Shown in pieces: positions 1-10,457 of a stretch of DNA of 52,713 bases. Below the pieces are notes generated by a model, which worked only from the letters and a program-made list of their open reading frames with translations, ran no database searches and was not told where the DNA came from. The position numbers and the translations under genes were made by a program. Origin of the DNA: Rhodospirillales bacterium (GTDB lineage: Bacteria > Pseudomonadota > Alphaproteobacteria > Rhodospirillales > CAMCUA01); contig CANITX010000002.1 of the NCBI GenBank assembly GCA_947470575.1, positions 1 through 52,713 on the forward strand, given 5' to 3'. Positions within the stretch are counted from its first letter, which is position 1. Each line of letters begins with the position of its first letter.

Positions 1-1224
1 CACCAGGACAATGACGAAGGCGATCAGGGCGCTGTCGATCACCATGGTGCCGGTCACCGCCACGCCATAGGCCGCGGCCAGGTTGCTCGAACTGCCGAAG
101 CCGATGACCAGGGCCAATACGATCACCATGAGGGACCAGTTGAGGACGGGAACGTAGATCTGGCCGATCTCGCGTTCCGAGGTGTGGATGCTGCGCATGC
201 GCGGCAGGAAACCCAGGTTGATGGCTTGGCGGGTGACGGTGAAGGCCCCAGAGATGACCGCTTGCGAGGCAATGACCGTAGCGATGGTGGCAAGTATCAC
301 CATCGGCAGCGCCGCCCAGGTCGGGGCCAGGCGAAAGAAGGGGCTATCGATGGCTGCCGGATCGGCCAGCAGCAGGGCGCCCTGGCCGAAGTAGTTGAGT
401 ACGAGGGCCGGCAGCACCAGGGCGAACCATGAAGCGCGGATGGGCCCGCGCCCGAAATGCCCCATGTCGGCGTATAGCGCCTCGGCGCCGGTCACCGCCA
501 GGACGACCGAGCCGAGTGCCAGGAAAGCCGTGACGCCATCGTGAAAGAAGAAGGCAACGGCATGATGCGGGCTGATCGCCCACAGTACCTGTGGTGCCTG
601 CGCGATGCCGCGGACGCCCAGCACGCCCAAGGTAAGGAACCAAATCAGCATCACCGGGCCGAAATATCCGCCGAGAGCGCCCGAACCGCGACGCTGGATC
701 AGAAACAGGGCGATCAGGATGAGCACGGCCAGCGGTATGATGTAGGGTTCCAGCTTTGGTGCTGCGACCCTGAGGCCCTCGACCGCGCTGAGCACCGAGA
801 TGGCCGGCGTGATCATGCTGTCGCCATAGAACAGCGCGGCGGCGAAAATGCCCAACATGCCGACGGTGGTCGCCATACCGGCCCGGTTCGCCACGGCGCG
901 TTCGAGCAGGGTCAACAGCACCAGGCTGCCGCCCTCGCCGCGGTTGTCGGCGCGCATCATGATCATCACGTATTTGAACGAGACGATGCAGGTGATCGCC
1001 CAGAAGACCAACGACAGCACGCCCAGCACATGCGCCCGGTCGATGGGCAGCGGATGCGGCCCGGCGAAGGTTTCCTTAATCGCGTAAAGCGGGCTGGTAC
1101 CGATGTCGCCGAAGACGACGCCGAGCGCCCCCAGCATCAGCACCGCCATGCTGTTGCGCCGAACGTGGGCGGCGGCATGCGTGCCGCCGTTCGCGGGTGT
1201 TGGGGAACTGGTTGTCTGGGACAT
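1..1224 (-). CDS. kup: KUP/HAK/KT-family potassium uptake protein, N-terminal ~408 codons; C-terminal part runs off the left window edge
   Basis: Not in the ORF track because it is edge-truncated. The reverse-strand frame from ATG at 1224-1222 is open to base 1. It reads [60 protein letters not shown].., which are hallmark Kup N-terminal motifs. Track ORF 541..1302(+) is its antisense shadow. Confidence 0.9.
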   Translation of the reverse strand, partial: MSQTTSSPTPANGGTHAAAHVRRNSMAVLMLGALGVVFGDIGTSPLYAIKETFAGPHPLPIDRAHVLGVLSLVFWAITCIVSFKYVMIMMRADNRGEGGSLVLLTLLERAVANRAGMATTVGMLGIFAAALFYGDSMITPAISVLSAVEGLRVAAPKLEPYIIPLAVLILIALFLIQRRGSGALGGYFGPVMLIWFLTLGVLGVRGIAQAPQVLWAISPHHAVAFFFHDGVTAFLALGSVVLAVTGAEALYADMGHFGRGPIRASWFALVLPALVLNYFGQGALLLADPAAIDSPFFRLAPTWAALPMVILATIATVIASQAVISGAFTVTRQAINLGFLPRMRSIHTSEREIGQIYVPVLNWSLMVIVLALVIGFGSSSNLAAAYGVAVTGTMVIDSALIAFVIVLV

Positions 1225-1407
1225 GGGGTGTGTGTATGCCTACGGCCGGTCGCCGAAGAACCGGGATGCGATGCCCCGGTTGCTGGCCTGCAAAAGGAAT
1301 AAAAAAAGCCTCTCGTTGCCAACCCCGGCCGCCGATACCCGGCCCCGGAGACGCCGGGAACCTACTCCGTCCGGGGGGTGTCGACAACAGGTTCAACGAA
1401 TGCCCGC

Positions 1408-3102
1408 TTACGGGCGGGCTCCTCGTCGCCATTGTTGTGCCAGTTGTCGGCTTTGGGCGACTTGCTCCGGGGTCATCCGCTGGACGAGGTCGTCGCGGCT
1501 TTTCATGGCCTCGTCGCGGAGGTGGGTCGACAAGTCGGCGCGCTCCGCGAGTGAAAGTTCGAACCACATGAGGGCCTGTACCGCATCTGTCGGCACGCCG
1601 CGACCGGCGGCAAACAGTTCGCCCAGAAGGTACTGCGCGTCGGCATCGTCCTGCTCGGCCGCTCGGCGGTACCAGGCCGCCGCCTGGACATCATCCTTCG
1701 CTACGCCCTCGCCCTTACTGTAAAGGGTCGCTAGTGCGTACTGCGCGCCAACATAGTTTTGTTCCGCCGACAGACGGAACCACTGCGCTGCCTTGGTATG
1801 ATCCTGTTCCACACCTAAGCCGACATGATAAAGGGTGCCGAGTGTGAACTGAGCGTCGAACAAGCCGCTTTCGGCCGCAGAGCGCAGCCATTTTGCCGCT
1901 TCGACGGGGTTGCGTCCAATGCCCTCGCCCTTGAGAAGCATGAGTCCAAGGTTGGCCTGGGCCCCATCATAGCCTTGTTGAGCGGCAAGGCGAAACCAAC
2001 GCGCGGCCTCAGTCAGGTCGCGCTCCACGTATTTGCCCTCCTTGTAGAGGATACCGAGATTGTTCTGGGCTGTGGCATGTCCCTGTGCCGCCGCCAGCCG
2101 ATACCACCTCAGCCCTTCTGGGCCATTATTGGGTATGACCTTGCTGCGGGTGTACATGTACCCGAGGTAGTACTGCGCTTGTGCCCAGCCCTGCCGGGCG
2201 GAAAGAAGAAACCATTTTTCGGCCTCGTACTCGTTCTGGGGAAGGCCCTCGCCTGTGCCGTATATCCGCCCGAGGTTCGCCTGTGCCTCGGCATCGCCCT
2301 GTTCAGCCGCTAGGCGATACCACTTTGCCGCTTCCTCTGGGTCACTCGACACACCCCAGCCTTTTTCGTACATCAGGGCTAGGTTGACTTGGCCCCCGGC
2401 ATTGCCTTGTCGGGCACTCAAGCGATACCATTTTTCCGCTGCCGCCAAATTCTGCGCGACGCCGCGGCCCAGTCGATAGAAGTCGCCGAGAAGCACTTGG
2501 GCGTTGATGTCCCCTTGTTCGGCCGCCATCTCGAGCCACTTGGCAGCTTCGACATCATCCTGAGGGACCCCGTCGCCTTCGATATACATGGTGGCAAGTA
2601 GGGTTTGGGCACCGATATGGCCCTGCACCGCGCTACGTTGCAGCCAGCGAGCCGCCGCCGCCTTATCCGGGGATAGACCGAGGCCATGGAGGTAGGCTTG
2701 CGCCAGATAGTACTGCCCCTCCCTATGGTTGCCGAAGGCAGCGCATTGAAACTGCTTTACTCCGTCGGCTGGACTCTTCTTCACCCCCGACCCCGACATG
2801 TAGCGGATACCAAGATCGGCGCAGGCGGGAGGGTAACTCTGATCGGCGGAACGCCGTAACCACTGCACCGCCAAGGCTTCGTCTTTGGTAACGCCTTTGC
2901 CAAAGGCGTAGATGACGTTGAGCATGTATTGGATGCCGGCGTTTCCGCGTTCGGCCGCCGGTCGCCATAGCTTCAAAGCAGTGGCGTAGTCGGCGCGCTC
3001 ATAGGCGGCGAAGCCGTCTTCGATGGGATCCGCTGTGCCCGGTATACTGCCGCCGGCCACCAATCCTAAGATGAATAATCCGGCGAAGAATGCGCGCCAC
3101 AT
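1408..3102 (-). CDS. Secreted Sel1-like repeat (SLR/TPR-like) protein, about 13 repeats
   Basis: Track ORF 1408..3135, with the start moved to ATG 3102 (MWRAFFAGLFILGLVAGG = signal peptide). About 13 tandem ~36-aa units of the form A..W(Y/F/L)R.AA.QG...AQ..LG..Y..G.GV..D...A. A C-terminal helical tail follows (..RDEAMKSRDDLVQRMTPEQVAQSRQLAQQW). Confidence 0.85.
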   Translation of the reverse strand: MWRAFFAGLFILGLVAGGSIPGTADPIEDGFAAYERADYATALKLWRPAAERGNAGIQYMLNVIYAFGKGVTKDEALAVQWLRRSADQSYPPACADLGIRYMSGSGVKKSPADGVKQFQCAAFGNHREGQYYLAQAYLHGLGLSPDKAAAARWLQRSAVQGHIGAQTLLATMYIEGDGVPQDDVEAAKWLEMAAEQGDINAQVLLGDFYRLGRGVAQNLAAAEKWYRLSARQGNAGGQVNLALMYEKGWGVSSDPEEAAKWYRLAAEQGDAEAQANLGRIYGTGEGLPQNEYEAEKWFLLSARQGWAQAQYYLGYMYTRSKVIPNNGPEGLRWYRLAAAQGHATAQNNLGILYKEGKYVERDLTEAARWFRLAAQQGYDGAQANLGLMLLKGEGIGRNPVEAAKWLRSAAESGLFDAQFTLGTLYHVGLGVEQDHTKAAQWFRLSAEQNYVGAQYALATLYSKGEGVAKDDVQAAAWYRRAAEQDDADAQYLLGELFAAGRGVPTDAVQALMWFELSLAERADLSTHLRDEAMKSRDDLVQRMTPEQVAQSRQLAQQWRRGARP

Positions 3103-3373
3103 GCGGTCTATCCTGCAACAATTCCTATGGTGCAACCGGTGTCTGGGCCAAACGCAAGACTATTTTTTTTATCATACAATAGCTAGTGCCACACAACTTT
3201 AAATATCTTTGCGATGTGCATATCGTTCTCTTGTAAAGTGCGTCGTCAAACCGCTGTGAGCCCGATACCCGGCCATCCGTATCCGCCCCAACCCCACCGC
3301 CCCTTACACGCCGCCGCCGGGGCGGCTAGACTGGCGGCGCGGTATGCGCCAAGGGATTGCACGGGAGCCGGAA

Positions 3374-3745
3374 ATGCCCTTCATCAAGCGGGACGAGCAG
3401 GGGGCGGTCGCCGCCGTCTTTCACCAGCCGGTCGAGGAAGGGCTGGAGGAAATGGGGGTCGAACACCCCGATCTGGCGCTCTTCCTGCAAAAGACCTTGC
3501 TCGACTACACCGTCAACCGGCACTGGATCGAATCCGATCTGAGCATGGTCCGTGTCGTCGAGGATTTGGTCGACATGCTGATCGACCGCAAGGTCTTTCT
3601 GTTCATGGACCTGCCGGAGCCGGTACAGCGAAAGTTTCTGCAGCGGCGCGGTTTGCGCGCCGAATTCGCCTATATGGATACGCTGTTCGGCGAACAGGAG
3701 TCCTTCGAGGTCAACGATCAGGACGAGGGGACGGGCTTCCTGTAG
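3374..3745 (+). CDS. Hypothetical acidic protein (123 aa), family not recognised
   Basis: Track ORF 3344..3745, with the start moved to ATG 3374; GGGAG lies 6 nt upstream. Product begins MPFIKRDEQGAVAAVFHQPVEEGLEE.. and has protein-like composition. The 3' end overlaps the convergent TrmH-like gene by 35 nt. Confidence 0.55.
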   Translation: MPFIKRDEQGAVAAVFHQPVEEGLEEMGVEHPDLALFLQKTLLDYTVNRHWIESDLSMVRVVEDLVDMLIDRKVFLFMDLPEPVQRKFLQRRGLRAEFAYMDTLFGEQESFEVNDQDEGTGFL

Positions 3746-4310
3746 GCGTGTCGTCCGTCGGTACGGGTTCGGCAAAAGCCGCGGCCCGCAAGCGAAAGCG
3801 CGGATCGCCGAAGACATGTTCGGGCGGTCGTTCCGAAGCTCCGCCGGGCCATACCGGGCGGGGAGCGAAGCGACCCAGGCAGATCAGTCGATCGTACATC
3901 ACCAATGCGCCGGCGATGCCGAGGTTGAGTGAAAAAGCGGTCGGAATCCTTACCACGTGGTCGCAGCGCGCCAGCAACTCTGGCGACAGCGCGCCGCGCT
4001 CGCGGCCGAGCACATAGGCGGCGGCACGCGGGTGGCGGAAGCTGGGCAAGGCGAGCGCTTCGTCCATCAGCTCGACACCGACGACGGCACAGCGGTGGGG
4101 CAGCACCATCGACTCGACATCGGGGAAACTGTAGAAGGGCACCTCCGTCGGCGTATCCGATGTGTCGCTGCGCCGGCCGTCCCGCCGCTTGTAGGCGGCG
4201 GCAACGGTAAAGACGAAACTGGCGCCGAAGGCGTGCGCCGAACGGAACAGGCTGCCCACGTTCATTGCCTTGCTGGCGCCCTCGATGCCGATGCCGAAAT
4301 ATCCGCGCAT
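3711..4310 (-). CDS. TrmH/SpoU (SPOUT) family RNA 2'-O-methyltransferase
   Basis: 199-aa ORF. MRGYFGIGIEG..HAFGASFVF..YVLGRERGALSPELL..HVVRIPT.FSLNLGIAGALVMYD matches the short TrmH-family pattern, including the C-terminal knot motifs. Confidence 0.8.
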   Translation of the reverse strand: MRGYFGIGIEGASKAMNVGSLFRSAHAFGASFVFTVAAAYKRRDGRRSDTSDTPTEVPFYSFPDVESMVLPHRCAVVGVELMDEALALPSFRHPRAAAYVLGRERGALSPELLARCDHVVRIPTAFSLNLGIAGALVMYDRLICLGRFAPRPVWPGGASERPPEHVFGDPRFRLRAAAFAEPVPTDDTPTGSPSPRPDR

Positions 4311-4382
4311 GCACGATCCTTCCCCAACCGATCTCAGATTCGGTTACTTCGGCCGGTCGATCAAGCCGGTGGAAGGCGGCGC

Positions 4383-5639
4383 ATGAGCGACGCAGTCCGC
4401 GACCAATACGAAGCCTATCCCTATCCGTGGCGCGATCCGGTGGACGAACGTCGCCGTTTGATCGTCGGTTCGCCGAGCCACCGGCTGGAGATCGACCATT
4501 TTCTGTTCGCCGGCGGCCGTGAGAGCGCCGAGAAGGGCGGTGCGCCCTTGCGGGTCCTGGTCGCTGGCGGCGGCACCGGCGACGGCGCCATCATGTTGGC
4601 CCAGCAGCTGGCCGACGCCGGGAAGGGCGGCAGTGTCGACTATATCGATCTATCGGAGGCCTCGGCCGCCATCGCCCGTGCCCGTGCCGAGGCAAGGGGC
4701 CTTGCCAACATCCGCTTCCGGCGACTGTCGCTGCTCGATCTGCCCGCCTCGGGATTGGGGCCGTTCGACTACATCGACTGCTGCGGCGTGTTGCATCACC
4801 TGGACGACCCGGCGGCCGGGCTGGCTGCCTTGGTATCCGTCCTGGCACCCGGTGGCGGCCTGGGATTGATGCTGTATGGGGGGCTCGGGCGAACCGGCGT
4901 TTATCCGCTGCAGGAGGTGCTGCGCAGTCTAAGCGCAGGGTTGCCCTTGGCCGAGCGGGTGGCGTTGGCGCGCCGGCTATTGGCCGACCTGCCCAGCACC
5001 AACTGGTTTGCCCGCAACGGCGAACTTAAGGACCATCTCGACGGCGGCGATGCCGGGCTGGTCGACCTGCTGCTGCATTCGTGCGACCGGGCCTATCGCA
5101 TCGACGAGGTCGTGGCGCTGTTGGGCGCCGCCGGTCTCGTCATCGCCGGCTTCAGCGAGCCGGCCCGTTACGATCCCCTGTCCTATGTCACCGATCCCGA
5201 GGTCCGCCGACGGCTGACCGGACTTAGCGGCGTGGCGCGCTGGTCGGCGGCTGAGAATCTCGCCGGCAACCTGCGCACCCATGTGTTCTACGCGGTGCGT
5301 CGTGGCGAATCGATGGGGCGGGTCGCTTCGCCCGACGATGCGCGATTGATACCGGTGGCCCGCGATCTCGATATTGCCGCCGTCGCTCGCCATCTCGGCC
5401 AGGGCGGTCGGATGCGTATTCCTCTCGACGGCTTCACGCTTCATGTGGAATTGCCTGTGGCGGCAGGGGCCATCGTCGGCGCCATCGACGGGCGGCGCAG
5501 CATCGCCGACGTCCAGCGGTACTTGGCGGCGCGGCAGGGCGGTTACGATGGGTTCGCCTTCCATCGCGATTGGCGCCAAGCCTTCGATGCCCTGCACGGG
5601 TTGGGCAAGCTGTTCCTGCGCAAGCCGGGTATCGGCTGA
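4383..5639 (+). CDS. Class I SAM-dependent methyltransferase with C-terminal extension
   Basis: Track ORF 3957..5639 trimmed to ATG 4383 (MSDAVRDQYEAYPYPWRDP..). The upstream part is antisense to the TrmH-like gene. It has SAM motif I VLVAGGGTGDG, followed by DYIDCCGVLHHLDDP and LAPGGGLGLMLY. Confidence 0.8.
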   Translation: MSDAVRDQYEAYPYPWRDPVDERRRLIVGSPSHRLEIDHFLFAGGRESAEKGGAPLRVLVAGGGTGDGAIMLAQQLADAGKGGSVDYIDLSEASAAIARARAEARGLANIRFRRLSLLDLPASGLGPFDYIDCCGVLHHLDDPAAGLAALVSVLAPGGGLGLMLYGGLGRTGVYPLQEVLRSLSAGLPLAERVALARRLLADLPSTNWFARNGELKDHLDGGDAGLVDLLLHSCDRAYRIDEVVALLGAAGLVIAGFSEPARYDPLSYVTDPEVRRRLTGLSGVARWSAAENLAGNLRTHVFYAVRRGESMGRVASPDDARLIPVARDLDIAAVARHLGQGGRMRIPLDGFTLHVELPVAAGAIVGAIDGRRSIADVQRYLAARQGGYDGFAFHRDWRQAFDALHGLGKLFLRKPGIG

Positions 5640-5641
5640 AC

Positions 5642-5887
5642 TCAGCGTTGCCGGTAGGGATTTTCCAGGCCGGCGACGATGCCGTCGAGCACCTGACGTA
5701 TCTGGCGCTCGTCGCAGCCCATGAGCACGGCATCCTCCAGGGCGTCCTGGCAGACCTGCCGGATTTCCTCCAGGTTTTCGCTGAGTACCTTGAGCTTATC
5801 GACGCAGGAGACGAGCGATCCGTCGGTCTGGCGCCAGACGATTTTGCCGATGTCGATCTTTTCCAGCGTCTTGGCGTCGTTGTCCAT
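5642..5887 (-). CDS. Hypothetical small acidic protein (81 aa)
   Basis: Clean ORF reading MDNDAKTLEKIDIGKIVWRQTDGSLVSCVDKLKVLSENLEEIRQ.., with non-shadow-like composition. Its stop is 2 nt from the convergent methyltransferase stop. No family recognised. Confidence 0.5.
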   Translation of the reverse strand: MDNDAKTLEKIDIGKIVWRQTDGSLVSCVDKLKVLSENLEEIRQVCQDALEDAVLMGCDERQIRQVLDGIVAGLENPYRQR

Positions 5888-5982
5888 GGCGGCTTTCCGG
5901 CTGCGGGATGGCCCGACGGGGCGATCCTTGTCACCATATTTGGCGCATTGCCGGCGGGATGCAACCCGCCCAACTGCTTGCT

Positions 5983-6567
5983 TCAGATATCGACCCTTAC
6001 CTTAGGCCATGTCGCCGGCCAATTCTTGGCGGCCATGCGTGCTTTATACTGGTCGGCCTTGCGCCGCCCGGCGGGAGTCGGGCGCGAGCGCAGCGCCAAC
6101 AGGTCGTCCAGGCCGTAGGGTGCGACAATGTCGATGGCGCCGTGCCGGCTCAGACGCGCGGCGACGCAGGTCGCCGTCTCCAGCCAGAAGCGCAGCGCAT
6201 CGGCGGTATCGCGATAGGGGGCGTCCCGGTTGCGCCGGTGCATGCGCGCCTGATTGCGGACCGAGAACGGCAGACCGGGCAGCCGACGGGAAAGGGCGCG
6301 TTCGATGGCCGCCTCGCGGCCACGCGACCGGTTGCGAGCATCGAAATACAGCACGTCGATATCGGGTAGCGGCGTCGGCGTTGCGAATCGGTGGGCGGCG
6401 TCCCAGATGGCCGAACGGACGAAGCCGGCGCCGACGGCGCTGTCGGGTAGACGCAGGTCGCGCACGGCGCGAAGTACCGCTAGACGGCCGCGGTCCGATC
6501 GCAGCCGTGCCGCCAGCCGGTGTGCCGCCAACGCTCGTGTGCTGACAAGACGACGGCGGATCAGCAT
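5983..6567 (-). CDS. Nucleotidyltransferase family protein (PF06042/DUF925-like)
   Basis: Track ORF 5983..6867 trimmed to ATG 6567 (MLIRRRLVSTRALAAH..). The pattern ..LPDSAVGAGFVRSAIWD..DIDVLYFD..PFSVRNQARMH..Y.DTADALRFWLETATCVAARL..IVAPYGLDDLL resembles the small stand-alone NTase family. Confidence 0.65.
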   Translation of the reverse strand: MLIRRRLVSTRALAAHRLAARLRSDRGRLAVLRAVRDLRLPDSAVGAGFVRSAIWDAAHRFATPTPLPDIDVLYFDARNRSRGREAAIERALSRRLPGLPFSVRNQARMHRRNRDAPYRDTADALRFWLETATCVAARLSRHGAIDIVAPYGLDDLLALRSRPTPAGRRKADQYKARMAAKNWPATWPKVRVDI

Positions 6568-6627
6568 GATGGGGGATGTCCCGCCCTTTCCGCGCCCGAC
6601 GCCTGCCGCCGACAAGGAGCCACCGTC

Positions 6628-6819
6628 ATGACCAATCCGTTCGTCCTTGCCATCCGTCGCGATCCAGCAGCTTTTCTCGGCGGCCTGGATGTCGCCGAAC
6701 TGAGGGCTATCGCCGAAGGCTGCGTCGCCGCGTTGGAAAAGCATGCCAAGGCGGGCGACACGACCGCACCGGCCGCCCTGCAGGCGATTTACCGCAAGCT
6801 CGGCGACATATCGGTGTGA
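6628..6819 (+). CDS. Hypothetical small protein (63 aa)
   Basis: Track ORF 6520..6819 trimmed to ATG 6628; AAGGAG lies 8 nt upstream. Product reads MTNPFVLAIRRDPAAFLGGLDVAELRAIAEGCVAALEKHAK.. and is divergent from the NTase gene. No family recognised. Confidence 0.45.
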   Translation: MTNPFVLAIRRDPAAFLGGLDVAELRAIAEGCVAALEKHAKAGDTTAPAALQAIYRKLGDISV

Positions 6820-6829
6820 CGCGCCGGGT

Positions 6830-8782
<1,953 letters not shown>

Positions 8783-8809
8783 GTCGATGTCCTCCCTGCT
8801 TGCCGGGTA

Positions 8810-9094
8810 CTAGACGGCTTGGCGGAAGGGTTGGACCTGAATATCCACCCAGACGCCGCCGGTTACGTAGGGATCGGTCTTCAGCCACTCGTTCAGTTCG
8901 GCGCGCGACGGGTAATCGACGATGGCTGCCGAACCGATCATCCGGCCTTCCTCGTCCAGGATGGCTCCACCGGCCACCGTGCGGCCTTCCGCCTTGCGCC
9001 GGCGGGCGCCGGCCAAGTGGGCTTCGCGCGCTGCCAGACGCCGTGCGGGCGCCGCTGCATCCTTGCCGTCATAGGCGAGTACCAGAAACTGCAT
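8810..9094 (-). CDS. YciI family protein
   Basis: Track ORF 8810..9181 trimmed to ATG 9094 (MQFLVLAYDGKDAAAPARR..REAHLAGA..GGAILDEEGRMIGSAAIVDYPSRAELNEWLKTDPYV..GVW). Length (94 aa) and pattern fit YciI-like proteins. Confidence 0.75.
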   Translation of the reverse strand: MQFLVLAYDGKDAAAPARRLAAREAHLAGARRRKAEGRTVAGGAILDEEGRMIGSAAIVDYPSRAELNEWLKTDPYVTGGVWVDIQVQPFRQAV

Positions 9095-9246
9095 GTATCC
9101 AAGTCCCTCGCCAGGCGTTTTGCCATCGTCGCCCGGTCGTCGATTTTGACGGAGTATGAGGCCACCTGGAATGGCGCGCAACCGACCTGGCCGTATAGGG
9201 AGGCCGCCGGGTGTGAAGTCGACACGACGATCGGCGGTGTAGCGCC

Positions 9247-9645
9247 TCAGCCGACAGGCGGCTCTTTGCCCAATTGGCGGCGGGCAGCGGCGTGGTGTTC
9301 GTCGGTGATGTAGGGCGAAAGCGCACGTACGGCGGTCAATAGCACGGCCATATCGTCGGTAAAGCCAAGGCCGACGATGAAATCGGGGATCAGATCGGCG
9401 GGCATTACGAAATAGGCCAATGCCGCCAACAGAACAGCCTTGGCCGTGGCGGGCGTCCGGCGGTCGAGCGCCGCGTAGTGGGCGGCCAGCGCCGTTTCGA
9501 TGAACGGCAATCGTCCAAGCGTCCGGCGCACCTTGTCGCGGAAGCGGCCTTCGTCGAAATCCTCGGCGCCGACGCCCCGCCAGCGGAGCGCCGGATGGCG
9601 GGCGGCGGCCATGCCGTCGCTGTCTTCCTTTTCCGCTTCAGCCAT
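9247..9645 (-). CDS. YkvA/DUF1232 family membrane protein
   Basis: 132-aa ORF. The core ..[38 protein letters not shown].. is the DUF1232 signature. Its start overlaps the stop of the upstream dehydratase gene by 8 nt (ATGGCTGA). Confidence 0.75.
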   Translation of the reverse strand: MAEAEKEDSDGMAAARHPALRWRGVGAEDFDEGRFRDKVRRTLGRLPFIETALAAHYAALDRRTPATAKAVLLAALAYFVMPADLIPDFIVGLGFTDDMAVLLTAVRALSPYITDEHHAAARRQLGKEPPVG

Positions 9646-9943
9646 GATCGCGCATGGGTGCTATGCGGTCGATGAAACGCGCCAGGGTCACATCGCGCTG
9701 GCTGACCCCGCCTGCATTGTGGGTGGTCAGCAGGATTTCCACCCGATTGTAGACGTTGGACCATTCCGGATGATGGTCCATGCGCTCGGCCTGCAGGGCA
9801 ATCCGGGTCATGAAAGCAAAGGCTTCTTTGAAATCCGCGCAACGGAAGGACTTGGCGATGGCGTTGCGGCCATCGACCTCGGCCCAATCCTTGAGCTCGC
9901 GCAGCGCGGCCTTGCGCTCGGCATCTGTCAACCGCTCGACCAT
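9638..9943 (-). CDS. phhB: 4a-hydroxytetrahydrobiopterin (pterin-4a-carbinolamine) dehydratase, PCD/DCoH
   Basis: Track ORF 9638..10012 trimmed to ATG 9943 ([58 protein letters not shown]...L.TH). This is the canonical PCD pattern. Confidence 0.85.
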   Translation of the reverse strand: MVERLTDAERKAALRELKDWAEVDGRNAIAKSFRCADFKEAFAFMTRIALQAERMDHHPEWSNVYNRVEILLTTHNAGGVSQRDVTLARFIDRIAPMRDHG

Positions 9944-10031
9944 AAAGGCTCTCCCGGGTGCGGAAGTTCTGGCGCCCACCCTTAGGATGGGATGCCTTGG
10001 CGGGTCATTCAAGCCGCGCTAAGGTCCCATC

Positions 10032-10457
10032 ATGTCAATATCTCTCCCGGTTGCCGCCGATGAATGGACCCCGCCCAGCCTGGCCGATCTCGAGGACTTG
10101 GCGCGGGCGGCATTGGCCACCATACCGCAGCGCCTGGCGCAGCATGTGGAGGGCGTCGTCATCCGCGTCGAGGACTTTCCCGACGAGGAGACCGAGCGCG
10201 AGATGGAGCTGGAAAGCCCGTTCGAATTGCTGGGGCTTTATCGCGGCGTGGCGCTCGGCCTGAAAAGCATCGACTACACGCCCGACGATATCGACATGAT
10301 CTTTCTCTACCGCCGGCCGATTCTCGACTATTGGTGCGAGACCGGGGAAGATTTAATCCACGTCGTGCGCCATGTGCTGATCCACGAGATCGGCCACCAC
10401 TTCGGCTTGAGCGACGACGACATGCAGCGAATCGAAGAAGAGGCGGAAGACTTATGA
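10032..10457 (+). CDS. DUF1025-type zincin metallopeptidase family protein
   Basis: 141-aa acidic ORF with an HExxH site (VLIHEIGHHFGLSDDDM). Its stop overlaps the start of the next gene (ATGA at 10454-10457). Confidence 0.75.
   Translation: MSISLPVAADEWTPPSLADLEDLARAALATIPQRLAQHVEGVVIRVEDFPDEETEREMELESPFELLGLYRGVALGLKSIDYTPDDIDMIFLYRRPILDYWCETGEDLIHVVRHVLIHEIGHHFGLSDDDMQRIEEEAEDL

Noticed and set aside
1225-1407. Possible terminator in the Sel1 / kup intergenic region (a T-run on the minus strand at ~1301-1307, preceded by GC-rich sequence).
   Set aside because: I could not pair a convincing stem immediately upstream of the T-run. Only short 4-5-bp hairpins are present.
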